Below, in pieces: positions 39,258-51,299 of a stretch of 60,847 nt of DNA. The position numbers and the translations under genes are program-made. The DNA is from Chiloscyllium plagiosum (Eukaryota), in NCBI RefSeq assembly GCF_004010195.1, contig NC_057755.1, positions 12,270,966-12,331,812 on the forward strand, in the 5' to 3' direction. Every line of letters starts with the position of its first letter. Within the stretch, counting starts at the first letter, position 1. The notes under the pieces are model-generated. The model worked only from the letters and a program-made list of their open reading frames with translations. It had not been told where the DNA came from and searched no databases.

Positions 39258-39605
39258 GAATGTGTTGCTGGAAAAGCGCAGCAGGTCAGGCAGCATCCAG
39301 GGAACAGGAGAATCGACGTTTCGGGCATAAACCCTTCTTCAGGAATGAGGAAAGTTTGTCCAGCAGGCTAAGATAAAAGGTAGGGAGGAGGGACTTGGGG
39401 GAGGGGCGTCGGAAATGTGATAGGTGGAAAGAGGTCAAGGTGAGGGTGATAGGCCAGACTGGGGTGGGGGCGGAGAGGTCGGGAAGAAGATTGCAGGTTA
39501 GGAAGGCGGTGCTGAGTTCGATGGATTTGACTGAGACAAGGTGGGAGGAGGGGAAATGAAATTTTCAGCTCTGATCTCCAGCATCTGCAGACCTCACTTT
39601 CTCCT
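39258..39605 (-). mobile_element. Neptune-type terminal repeat with a short inverted tail
   Basis: Similar to 13590-13870; inverted tail at 39562-39605; no clear TSD. Confidence 0.8.
39313..39344 (-). ncRNA. Hammerhead core in a Neptune-like terminal repeat
   Basis: Reverse complement: TC-CTGAAGA-A-GGGT(ttat)GCCC-GAA-ACGT-C-GA. Confidence 0.6.
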
Positions 39606-41204
39606 AGCCATAGTGAAGCCACACAGTGTCTAACTCAATGACTCGTCTCTGGTAAATACGAACGTTGTTGATCTCCTCTTGTGTTGAAATCAGAAACAGA
39701 CATGAAGGTGACAATTGGAAGCCACCCACCCTGCACTGAGACTGAAGCCAGCCGTGAGGGGCCGTGCCCGAAACGTCGAATCTCCTGTTCCCTGGATGCT
39801 GCCTGACCTGCTGTGCTGTTCCAGCAATAAAGTTTCAACCCTTACCTTACCACCCTTGTCCTTTCTTTTTACTGGACTCTCATCCTGAACTCTCATCAAT
39901 AGACCTTTAAACAATGACCACATGTCAAATGTAGATTTGCCTGATAACAGTTGATCCCAATTAACTCTCCCTAGCTCCTTCCTAATACAGTTGTAATTTG
40001 TCCTGCCCCAATTTTGTACTTTCCCACAAGGACCAGATTTATCTTTATTCATAGCCATTTTAAAACAACAATCACTGTGCATCACAAAATGCTATCCCAC
40101 TGTCAAGTCAGTTACCTGTCCTCTAGTTGACGTATCCAAATACTGTTTCAAGAAATTCTCTTGGATGTGCCTAACAAATTGTCTTGTCTAAGCCTCTTGC
40201 TGTAAAGAAGTTCCAGTCCACATTGGGGACGTTGAGTGTAGCAACTTTGATTTTTATTGTATCTTTCCATAATGTGCCTACATGCCTGTTCTTCAATGTC
40301 CCTGTCTCTGCTGAGGGGCCGATCATATAATCCCATTAGAGTGTTTGCATCTCTAATTTTTGAACTCCTCCCATATTGCCTCAGTGGATGAAACCTGCAG
40401 CATGTCCTCTCTGACTATAGTTGTGACATTCTCTCTGATCAGTAACTCCTCCATTTCTTTTACCTCCTTCTCTATCTCATCTAAAACGTCTAAACCCTGG
40501 AATGTTGAGCAGCCAGTCCTGCTCCGTTGCCAACTAGGTCGTTGTAATGGCCACAACATCATAGTCCCATGTACTGATTCCAGCATTAAGCCCATCTGCC
40601 TTACCCATAATATTCCTTGCATTGAAATAAACACACCTGCTCATCAGTCCTATCATGTACCTGGCCCTGTCTGTCTTTCCTTTCAGACTTGCTGTTATGC
40701 TTTTTTAAAATCAGTTTGTTCAAAGTCCAGCTAGAAAGGAGGATGTAGTGTTGGGAAATTAACTGGACCAAGTACCTGTGGGGAACAGATGGGAATAGTG
40801 ATCACATGATAAGATTTGATTCACAACAGAAGAGAGCAAGGGGCAATCTAAATCAAACTTTCTAAACTGGAAGACACTAATTTTGAGGAGATGGCAGGAG
40901 ACCAAGTCAGAGTAAAACAGGTTTGTGGGAAAAACTAAGAATATTGGACAATCTTTAAGAAGATAATGTTTTGAGTATGGGCTGGGTACATTTAAATAAG
41001 ACCAGACTGGGGAACCAAAGTCAGCTCTTTGGATGACAAGAGGAGACTTTGAATATGATGAAACAAAAAGAGGACATCTGATAGAGGTCAGGTGTAATTT
41101 TCAATTGGGATGCAGATCAAATATGATAAATTGAGAAGGGAAGTGAAGAGGAAAATCAGACTGACAATATATGAGAATAGAAAAGCAGTTGATGTAACAG
41201 AGAA

Positions 41205-41430
41205 GGAGAAAGTGAGGACTGCAGATGCTGGAGATCAGAGCTGAAAATGTGTTGCTGGAAAAGCATCTCCTCCACTTCCCGCTCCTCCGCCCTTGAGCCC
41301 CGCCCCTCCAACCGCCACCAGGACAGAACCCCACTGGTCCTCACCTACCACCCCATAAGCCCGAAACATCGATTCTCCTGTTCCTTGGATGCTGCCTGAC
41401 CTGCTGCGCATTTCCAGCAACACATTTTCA
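41205..41430. mobile_element. Fold-back PLE insertion with an internal ORF scrap (…RTPLVLTYHP)
   Basis: Inverted arms; 14-bp TSD gatgtaa(c/a)agagaa (41191-41204 / 41431-41444). Confidence 0.85.
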
Positions 41431-43933
41431 GATGTAAAAGAGAACTCAAACATTGGCATGATTTATAGTGGCCATTGAGATGGAGTGGAACCTATTAGGG
41501 AAGTTAAGGTGACGTGTGCTAAGAGACTCAGGGGAAGTCTGGAATAATGAGTAAGTTCTTTGTATCAGTATTTACTAACGAAAAGGAGCATGGCAAAATA
41601 TTAGAAGTGGAGATGGTGCAGTTATTTTGAAAGGCAGGGTGCCCTAGAAAGTCTAGCTACACTTGGAGTGGATAAATTGACAGCTTCTAACTACTAAAGG
41701 AAGTGGGCATGGACATAGCAGGGCATCTTACCATAATGTTTCAAGTTTCCCTCAATAAATATCAAACAATTGGAGAGCAGTAAGTTGACACCTTCAGAAG
41801 TGGGTACAGAATCAATCCTAATAAATAGAGGCCAGTTCATTTAATATCTGTTGTAGGTAAGGTTTTAAAATAATAGAGGGAAATAACACTAACAGCTGTT
41901 TGTAGTAATGTGCAAACTCCACACAGACTGTTGCCTGAGGCTGGAATCGAATTTGGGACCCTGATGCTGTGAGGCAGCAGTGCTAACCACAGCCACCATA
42001 CCAGGGTGTTAATTAATTAACTATCCTGACTAGCCTTCTGGGAGCACATCCAAAACTTTATTGCCAAATTAGCTCTCTCTAATTCAGATTCCCCAATCAA
42101 TCTCAAGCTAATTGCCTTACACTGGCTCCTGGTCCAGAAACATCAGATTATATGCATTAAAATTAATAATCAAATGCTTCCATGATCTTGTCAATCCCAT
42201 TCAACATTAGCTCCTATATTGCCACAACTATCGCTGCTATCAGCACTCTTCCAGTTCTGGCCACTGGCCTATGTCTTGTTAATGTCATACTTGGCAAATT
42301 TTGAAATTTTACTCTGTATTCCCATATACATTATGTAACAAAAGTGACAGTGACTCTTGGGACATACACTGTCCATCATCCTCCAGTCTCAAAAGCAACT
42401 ATTTACAATCAATCAGTTTTGTTTTGTCCTTATGCCAATTTTTTTAATCCAAGTTGACCCTCCCATCTCGTAAGCTTCAAATTTATTAACCAGATTTTGA
42501 TGTGCTACTTTATAAAATATGTTTATATCCACATAGACAACATCCACTGCATTTCCTTCACCAAATTGCTGTTGCTTGATCAAAAGTATCACATTCAAAA
42601 GTCAATTCATGAATGTGTTCCACTTCTTACAAATCTTCAAAGGGTTTGGTTAACTGCCAAGCTTTGTTTAAATTTAAATCGGGCAAGTTGGTCTAAGAAA
42701 TAAACCAGAGAATAAAACCATCACTTGTTTGATTGGAACACGTGCAGTAGATGATCGTAGGATATAGAAGCAAGGGTAGGCTATTCAGTCCACTGGGTCT
42801 GCTCTGCCAAATCATGGTGGGTGTGACAATAATACCGAACTCTACCTTCCTGCCTTTTCCCCATAACCTTTGATTTTCTTACTGGTCAAAAAGATGTCTT
42901 TCTTGGCCTTGAATATACTAATAACTAACGTCCCATTTTTTTCTCTCCTGGTGCAAACCTCCTAGAGCTCAATGCTGTGTTCTGGGTCAGCACGGTCGAT
43001 CACTGTGTGTGAAATTGCAGAGTGGCACATGAGCCAACTGCTAAAGCCCTCTGTGCTTTTAAACCAAATGCACAGATTCATTGCCTTTTGAGAGAACAAA
43101 TTTCTCCTCACCGCTATTCCAACTGGGCAGCCCAATATTCTGAGAATATGTTTTCTGGCATAAGATTCTCTCACAAGGGAACACAACCTCTTGGTACCTA
43201 CACTGTCAAGTCTTAAAATAGTCTTGTATATTTAAATAAGTTGCCTCTCATTATTCTAAATTTCAATGTATATAGGCCCATCAATTCTCCTGGGACATCA
43301 GTTTCTACCACACAAACTCCTGTTTAATCTCATCAGGCACCTGTTCATTATTAAGGTGTATTTTGTTGTACTTTTGCTAGCTTGTCTATCTTCGTCACAT
43401 CAACCTGGGGATGCATGGTGCTGGACTAGCAACCCAAAGTATGAAATAATTAACACCAATTTCAAAAGTGAAATCCTTGCTAATCTCATTTTGAGGAGGT
43501 AACTGTGAGAGTAAAGACACCACAGTCTTACTAGACCATAGGGTTACTCTCTCATTATAGAGAGAGTTGATTTGTGCTGGGTTAATCTGAGGATCAGGTG
43601 ATGGGAGAGGTTGGGAGGGCAAGTCCTTCATAGTAACTTCAACTGATGCAGGAATTGCACCCACATTGTTGGCATCCCTCTGTAGCACAAGTCAGCATTC
43701 AAGCTGAGTGAGTGGATAATGAAAATTCAGCAGATGTAATTGTCTGCAGTTTCTGAGTGTTCTGTAGTACATTAACAAATTAGGTCAGAGAATGTGGAAT
43801 CATGGACAATTGGAAGAACAGACTGTGAGCTGGCTGCACTACAAAAGTGTCCAACCTGCCTTGATCCCAGCCCCAACCCTACCCTCATATTTATCTCTCA
43901 GCCTCCTTCCTCCATCACATTCCTGATGAAGGG

Positions 43934-44965
43934 CTTATGACCAAAACGTCGACTCTCCTGCTCCTCGGGTGCTGCTTGTGTTTAATTCAATGCTATCTAC
44001 TAAGAGATCAAGACAGAAACTGCTGCCAGGCCAAACAGACAGCAGCTTGTCAATTCCTGACCTGTACTGAGACCAATGAATGTGGTGAAAATAGGCCAAG
44101 ATGTTCCATGTAGTTTGTGCATCCAGGGCTAAAGGATGGGTATTACACAACTGAGAATTGTGCTATAGATCACCTCTGTGGCCCAAGGTAGAAAGAGGGA
44201 ATGTGAAACGTTCTTATTCAAGTTTTCTTGTGCCTCGTCAAACAGCTAGCCAGTGCTGAAAAGTCTCCTCCTCGGGGAGAACGAGGACACCTGAACCAAT
44301 ACAACTATCTCTGTCAGGGGAGAGGGAGAAAGTGCACCAGTGTAAAGATGATGAGATACACGGACTGTAAATGCATGTCCGTCCCACAGTCAGTCTCTGT
44401 GTTATTCTGTGGAGGGGATTTTAGTAATGAAGCCCAATTCTGAGCTGTGGAACACAGTGAATCGAGCACATCAAATATGACTGCAATTATCACATCACAA
44501 TGGCTGAGTGACTCATCAGCTGCTTCTAGCTCCAGGAGTTTGGTGGAGGCGGAGTGCGTAGTGAGGATTGGGAATTGTCAATGAAGGAGAAAACCAACGG
44601 ACAGTTCCAGACTGGAGTTCAGATGGTCATCCAGGCTTTCTCCTGATTAAAACCTCTCCTTCCTGTCCTGCTGTTGTTCGCATGCAATTACTACAGAATG
44701 GTAAGAGCAGTGTTTACAATCAATGAGTTGATCAAAACTGGCTGATATGCTTGAACAGGAGGATGTGCTGAAAATTTTGAAAAAATAAGGATACTGGGCC
44801 TATTTTCACCACATTCATTGGTCTCAGTACAGGTGAGGAATTGTATTTAGAAGCTGCTGTCTGCTTGGCCTGGCAGCAGTTTCTATCTTGATCTCTTAGT
44901 AGATAGCATTGAATTAAACACAAGCAGCACCCGAGGAGCAGGAGAGTCGACGTTTTGGTCATAAG
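43934..44965. repeat. ~165-bp inverted duplication (43934-44097 / 44797-44965) with a 700-bp spacer
   Basis: Arms are reverse complements with a few mismatches and one small indel. Confidence 0.9.
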
Positions 44966-46485
44966 GGCCAGGTTATCCCCTGGCCCACAAGGTTACTCCG
45001 GGAAGCAAGGGAAGAGATTGCTGTGACTTTGGCGATGATCTTTGCAGCCTCACTGTCCACTGGAGAGTGGCAAACTTTATTCACTTGTTCAAGAAAGAGA
45101 ATAGGGATAACCCTGAGAATTACAGACCAGCCTGTCTTACATCTGTGGTGGCCAAATTATTGGAGAGAATTCTGAGAGACAGGATTTATGATTATCTGGA
45201 AAAGCATTGTTTGATTTGCGATAGTCAGCATAGCCTTGTGAGAGGAACACCATGCCTCACAGGCCTTATTGAATTCTTTGAGGATGTGACAAAATATTTT
45301 ATGAAGGTAGAGCTGTGGATGGATTTTAGGAAGGCACTTGACAAGGTTCCTCATGATAGCTCCTTCAGAAAGTAAGGAGGCATGGGATACAGCAAAATTT
45401 GCCTGTCAGGATACAGAATTGGCTGGACCATAGAAGACAGAGGGTGGTAGTAAGTGGAAAGTACTCCGCCTGGAGCTTGGTGACTAGTGGTGTTCCACAG
45501 GGATCTGTTTTGGGACCTCTGTTCTTTGTGATTTTTATCACTTCCTCCTTGGATGAGGAAGTGGAAGGGTGGTTAGTAAGTTTACCAATGACATGAAGGT
45601 TAATAGAGTGGTGGATAGTGTGGAAGGCTGTTGTAGGTTGCAACAGGACATTGACAGGTTGCAGAACTGGGCCAATAAATGGCAGATGGAGTTCAACCTA
45701 GAAAAGTGTGAAGTGATTCATTTTGGAGGTCAAATTTGAATGCAGATTACAGTGTTAAAGGCAGGATGCTTGGGACTGTGAAGAAACAGAGGGATCTTGG
45801 GGTCCATGTCCGTAGTTCCCTCAAAATTGCCACCCAAGTTGATAGAATTGTTAAGTAGGTATATGGTTGTTGGCTTTCATTAGCAGGGGTATTGAGTTTC
45901 AGAGCTGCGAGGTTGTTCTGCAGCTGTTATAGAGCCCTGGTTAGACCACACTTGGAATACTGTGTTCAGTTCTGGTCATCTCATTATAGGAAAGATGTGG
46001 AAGCTTTAGAGAAAGTGCAGAGGAGATTTACCAGGATGTTGCCTGGACTGGAGGGAAAGTGTTATGAAGTAAGGTTGAGGGAGCTAGGGCTTTCCTCATT
46101 GGAGAGAAGAAGGATGAGAGGTGACTTGGTAGAGGTGTACAAGATGATGAGAGGCATAGACAGAGTGGATAGCCAGAGACATTTTTCCCCGGATGGAAAT
46201 GGCTATCATGAGGGGTCATAATTTTAAAGTGATTGGAGGAAGGTTTAGGGGAGATGTCAGAGGTACGTTCTTTACACAGAGTGATGGGTGTGTGGAATGC
46301 ACTGCTAGTGGTGGTAGCAGAGTCAGATACATTAAGAACATTTTTAGCAACTCTTGGATAGGCAAATAGAAAATAGTACAATGCAGGATACGTAAGTTAA
46401 TGTGACTTTAGAGTAGGATAAAAGGTTGCCACAACATCAAGGGCTGAAGGGCTTGCACTGTGTTTTACTATCCTACGTTCTATAT
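44966..46485 (+). mobile_element. 5'-truncated CR1
   Basis: [40 protein letters not shown], 3' tail. Confidence 0.92.
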
Positions 46486-46874
46486 TAATGAAGGAACAGC
46501 TTTAATAGGGTCCTCGTACTGGGTAGTGTGTCTTTTGCCCCTCTCCTTCCTTTTCCCTTCCATTGTTCTTGCTGTTTGGCTCAATTCAATAACTGGATTT
46601 CAGGGTTTGGATGAGAGTTTCAGGATTTGACCCGATGACAATAAAGGAAAGGCAATAAAATTCCAGGTCAGGATGGTGTGATGCTTGAATGGGACTTGTG
46701 TGTCTTCCCATGCATCTGCTGCCTTTGTCCTTCTATGTTGCGGGTTCGAAAGATGCTGTCCAAGCAGTTTGGATGAGTTGTTGCACTGCATCTTGTAGAT
46801 GCTATGTGCTGCTGGAGTGAATGTTTTAAGCTGGTGGATGTGATGCCATTTCAGGTGGGGTGCTTGTATTAGAA

Positions 46875-47050
46875 GGAGAAAGTGAGGTCTGCAGATGCTG
46901 GAGATCAGAGCTGAAAATGTGTTGCTGGAAAAGCGCAGCAGGTCAGGCAGCATCCAGGGAACAGGAGAATCGACGTTTCGGGCATAAGCCCGATTCTCCT
47001 GTTCCCTGGATGCTGCCTGACCTGCGCTTTTCCAGCAACACATTTTCAGC
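46875..47050. mobile_element. Young fold-back PLE insertion (family A)
   Basis: Near-perfect inverted arms; TSD tgcttgtattagaa(gg) (46861-46876 / 47051-47066). Confidence 0.9.
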
Positions 47051-47411
47051 TGCTTGTATTAGAAGGTGCCTCCTGAATGTTGTTGGAGCTGCACTCATCC
47101 AGGCAAGTGCCATCACACGCCTCACTTGTGCCTTGTAGATCGTGGACAACCTTTGAGGAGTCAGAAAATGAATTACTTGCCATAGAATCCTCATAGGCCC
47201 AGTGTCTATATGGCTGGTCCAGTTCAGTTTCTGTTCAATTGGAACAAGACATTGATTCTCAGCACACAGACACCACCATCACCATTCCTGGAGATTGTTG
47301 TGTGCCACTGTTGACCTCTGATCTTGCAGGCACTGTGTTTATGTGGCTAATCCAGTTCAGTTTCTGATAACCCCCAGAATGTTAATAGTAGGGCATTCAG
47401 TGATAGTAATA

Positions 47412-47932
47412 TCATAAGAACATAAAAACATTAGAACCAGGAGCTGATTTAGGCCAGCTGGCCATTCGAGCCCATTCTACATTCAATAAGATCATGGCTG
47501 ATATTTTCATGACCTCTGTTCCACTTACCCACCCTCTCACCATAATCCTTCATTCCTTTATTAATCAAAAATTATCTGTCTTAGCTTTAAAAACATTCAT
47601 TATGGAAGTCTCAGCTAATTCACTGGGGAAGGAATTCCACAGATTCACAACCCTCTGGGTGAAGAAGGTCCCTCTGCTCCCCCTAATTTTGAGGCTGTGC
47701 TCTCTTGTCCTAGTTTCACCCACCAGTGGAACCACCCTCTATGTTTCTATCCTATCTATTCCCTTCATAATTTTGTATGTTTCTATAAGATCCCCTCTCG
47801 ATCTTCTAAATTCCAATGTATTTAATCCCAGTCTACTCAGTCTCTCCTCGTAAGCCAACCCCCTCAATTCCAGAATCAACCTGGTGAACCTCTTTTGCAC
47901 CCCTTCTAGTGCCAGAACATCCTTTCTTAAAT
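47412..47932 (-). mobile_element. CR1 3' fragment
   Basis: Same subfamily as 21725-22250. Confidence 0.85.
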
Positions 47933-48024
47933 AATGATTCGGAGATGCCGGCGTTGGACTGGGGTGTACAAAGCTAAGAATCAGACAACACCAGGTTAAA
48001 GTCCAACAGGTTTAATTGGAAGCA

Positions 48025-48059
48025 CACTAGCTTTCGGAGCGACACTCCTTCATCAGGTG
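48025..48059 (-). ncRNA. Minimal hammerhead ribozyme motif, second family (AGCU stem III, CUA site)
   Basis: Reverse complement: CAC-CTGATGA-A-GGAG(tgtcg)CTCC-GAA-AGCT-A-GTG. Confidence 0.8.
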
Positions 48060-48111
48060 ATTGTGGAGGGCTCGATCGTAAATTCTGTGTTACGATCGAG
48101 CCCTCCACAAT

Positions 48112-48146
48112 CACCTGATGAAGGAGCGTCACTCCGAAAGCTGGTG
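48112..48146 (+). ncRNA. Hammerhead motif with a cleavage-site substitution (CUG instead of CUA)
   Basis: CAC-CTGATGA-A-GGAG(cgtca)CTCC-GAA-AGCT-G-GTG; G at position 17 violates the NUH rule. Confidence 0.7.
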
Positions 48147-48928
48147 TGCTTCCAATTAAACCTGTTGGACTTCAACCTGGTGTTGTCTGATTTTTAACTT
48201 TCTTATCGAAGAATGATAACTACATTCTCTTTTTTTGAAGATTATGATCAATTGGCACTTCATAACATTTGGGCTATTTTTTATTGGTGATGGTCAATAC
48301 CTGGCATTGTGTGGTGTGACTGTTAATTGTTATTTTTCAGCCTAGACCTGGACATTGTCCAGATCTATTTGCATCTTACACAGACTGCTTCAGTATCAGA
48401 GGAGCCGTACTCCTTGATGCCACACTCAGCCTTGATGTCTAGCAGCACTCTCCTTCCCTCTGGAATTCTGCTCTTTTGTCCATGTTTGAACCAAGGCTGT
48501 AATGAGATCAGGAGCTGAGCGGCTCTGTTAGAACCCAAACTGGGCATCACTGAGCAGTGTATTGCTGAACAGGTGCTGTTTGATAGCACTGTGGATGATA
48601 CTTTACTGATGATTGAGAGTAGACTGATGAGGTTGAAATTGTCCTGCTTTTCATGTACAGGACATAACTTGGGCAATTTTCCACATGGTTGCATAGATGT
48701 CAGTGTTGGAACTGTACTGGAACAGCTTAACTAGGGGAGCAACAAGTTCTGGAGGTCAAGTCTTTACTATTACCAGAATGTTGTCAGGATACATGGAGTG
48801 GATCGAATTGGCTGAAGCTTGGTATCTGTAATGCTGGGGATCACTGGAGGAGGCCACAGTGGATTATTCACTCGGCACTTCTGACTTAAGGTTGTTGTGA
48901 ATGCTTCAGCCTTACCTTTTACACTGAT

Positions 48929-49057
48929 AGGAGAAAGTGAGGACTGCAGATGCTGGAGATCAGAGTTGAGAATGTGGTGCTGGAAAAGCACAGCCAGTCA
49001 GGCAGTATCCAAGGAGCAGGAGAATCGACGTTTTGGGCATAAGCCCTTCATCGGGAA
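48929..49057 (-). mobile_element. Single-arm PLE terminal repeat starting at the HHR 5' edge
   Basis: 13-bp TSD ctttta(c/a)actgat (48916-48928 / 49058-49070). Confidence 0.85.
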
Positions 49058-51299
49058 CTTTTAAACTGATGTGCTGGGCTTTTCCATCAGTGAGGATGGG
49101 GATATTTGTGGAGCTTTCTCCTCCAGTGAGTTGTTTAATTGTCCACCACCGTTCACAACTGGATGTGGCAGGACTACAGAGCTTAGATATGATCCTTTGG
49201 TTGTGGAATCATTTAACTTTGTTTATCACTTGTTGTTTATGCTGTTTGGCTTGCAAGTAGTCCTGTTTGGTAGCTTCACCAGGTTGACACCTCATTTTCA
49301 GGAATGCCTGGTGCTGCTCCTGGCATACCGTCCTGTACTCTCCATTGAACCAAGGTTGATCCCCTGGCTTGATGATATGGTTGAGTGGGGGTTATGATGG
49401 ATCATGGGGTTATAGATTGTGCTGGAGTACAATTCTGCTGCTGTTGATGGCCCGCAATGCTTCTTGAATCCCAGTCTTGAGTTGCTACATCTATTGAAGT
49501 TTGCCCCATTTAGCACGGTGATAGTGCCACACAACACAATGGAGGTTATTCCCAATGTGAAGGCGGGACTTTGTCTCTATAAGGACTGTGCAGTGATCAC
49601 CCTTACCAATACTGTCATGGACAGATGCATCTACGGCTGGCAGATTGGTATGCATGAGGTCAGTTATGTTTTCCCTCTTGTTGGTTCCCTCACCACCTGT
49701 CACAGACCAGTCTAGCAGCAATGTCATTTTAGGACCCAACTAGTTCAATCAGTAGTACCATCACTGAGCCACTCTTGGTGGTGGATATTGAAATTCACTA
49801 CCCAGAGTACATTTTGTGCCACTCTCAGTGTTTCCTCCAAGTCGGGAGGTTTCCTTGCCCATGTTTAACCTGAAACTGTGAGATTTCATGGGGCTTGGAT
49901 TCAATGCTGAGAACTCCCAGGGCAGCTCCTGTATATCACTATGCCATTACCTATGCTGGGTCTGTCCTACTGGTGGGACAGGAAACATCCAAGCATGGTA
50001 AAATGGTGTCTGGGACATTAGAATTTTAGAATTAGATTTTATTGACATTGTCTGTAAGGTATGTTACTGCATGACCATGTCAAGTTGTTGCTTGACTGTT
50101 TCAGAGGATATTTAGGAGTCAGCCATATTGCTGTGCTCTGGATTCTCATGTAGGTCTCACCAGATGGGAATGACAGATCTCCTTCCCTAAAGGGCATTAA
50201 TGTTGGTGGCAAGGTCAGTTTGAAGTAATATTAGAATTTCCAGCAAATATAAAAATGAACAACTACATCCTTCATCCTCAGCTCAAAATCCTTTCAACAG
50301 GTAAACTTGGTGGAGGTGACTTGAGAATCAAGAAAATGTGTGAAAATACTGAATGATTATGGAGACAATGAGGCAAAGAGGAGGATAGAATGAAGGACTG
50401 TGAGCAGGGGATTAGAAGGGAGGGATTTGGTTGATCATAAGCAGGAGTAGGCCTTTTGACCCCTCAAGCCTGCTCCATCATCCGCTAAGATGATGGCTGA
50501 TGCGATTGTGCCTTAACTTCACTCTCAACATATTCTCTATTATTGTTGTGTGAGGTAAGATCTCCAGTAAGCAGATTTACTTATCTACTGAGGGGTGTAG
50601 AGGAGACCAGAATGTACTGTTCACCAGATGAGTTTCTGGAGCGGTATATTCAGGAACCAGTGACGGATTGGGCTATTTTGGATTTAGTGTTCAGTGATGA
50701 GAAATCTTGCAATAAAGAGCCTGGTGAAATAGTGACCATAATGTGATAGAATTTCATGTTATGTTTGAACGTGATATAGTCCATTTCGAAACTTGAAATT
50801 TGAACAAAGGGAAAAATAGGGGTCAGGTTGGCTAGGATGATTTGTGAAAATGTGCTAAAAGATTTGGTAGGTAGTATTTGAAAAAAAAATAGTACACAGT
50901 CTATAACTAATATACATTACTCTAAGGTACCAACAAAGGGAAATATGAAACAATTGTGGCTAATGAAAGAAACTAAATGTTGCATTTGATCAGAGGAAGT
51001 GGCTTATAAGGATGTCAGGAAAAAAGTGTTACAACTGGGATTGGGAGACATTCAGAGCCTAGCAAAAGGTAGATCAAGGAAATGATTAAGAAAGGCAAAA
51101 GATAATATGGAAACTTAATTGCAATACCCAAAAAGACAGGCTGGAAAGGTTTTTTTTAAGAATGCAAAAAGGAAGAGATTGAACAGGACAAATAAAAGCA
51201 AATTTCTGCAGATGTTGGAAATCTGAAACAAATATGTAGAATGGTAGAGAAACTCAGCAAATCTGGTAGCATCTGTAGAGAGAGAAAGAGAGTTAACTG

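Larger units (their letters stand above)
37410..39838. mobile_element. Composite PLE-bounded insertion (palindrome + captured DNA + terminal repeat) inside a CR1
   Basis: 14-bp TSD cccttaccttacca (37396-37409 / 39839-39852); the CR1 sequence is contiguous across the TSD. Confidence 0.7.
36050..40700 (-). mobile_element. Long CR1 (endonuclease to RT) interrupted by two PLE insertions
   Basis: [29 protein letters not shown] at 36131-36421; endonuclease-region remnants at 39850-40620. Confidence 0.85.
47935..48201. mobile_element. Fold-back HHR element, family B
   Basis: 112-bp arms (47970-48081 / 48090-48201), 8-nt loop, ~35-nt unpaired tail; possible TSD ctttctta. Confidence 0.88.
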
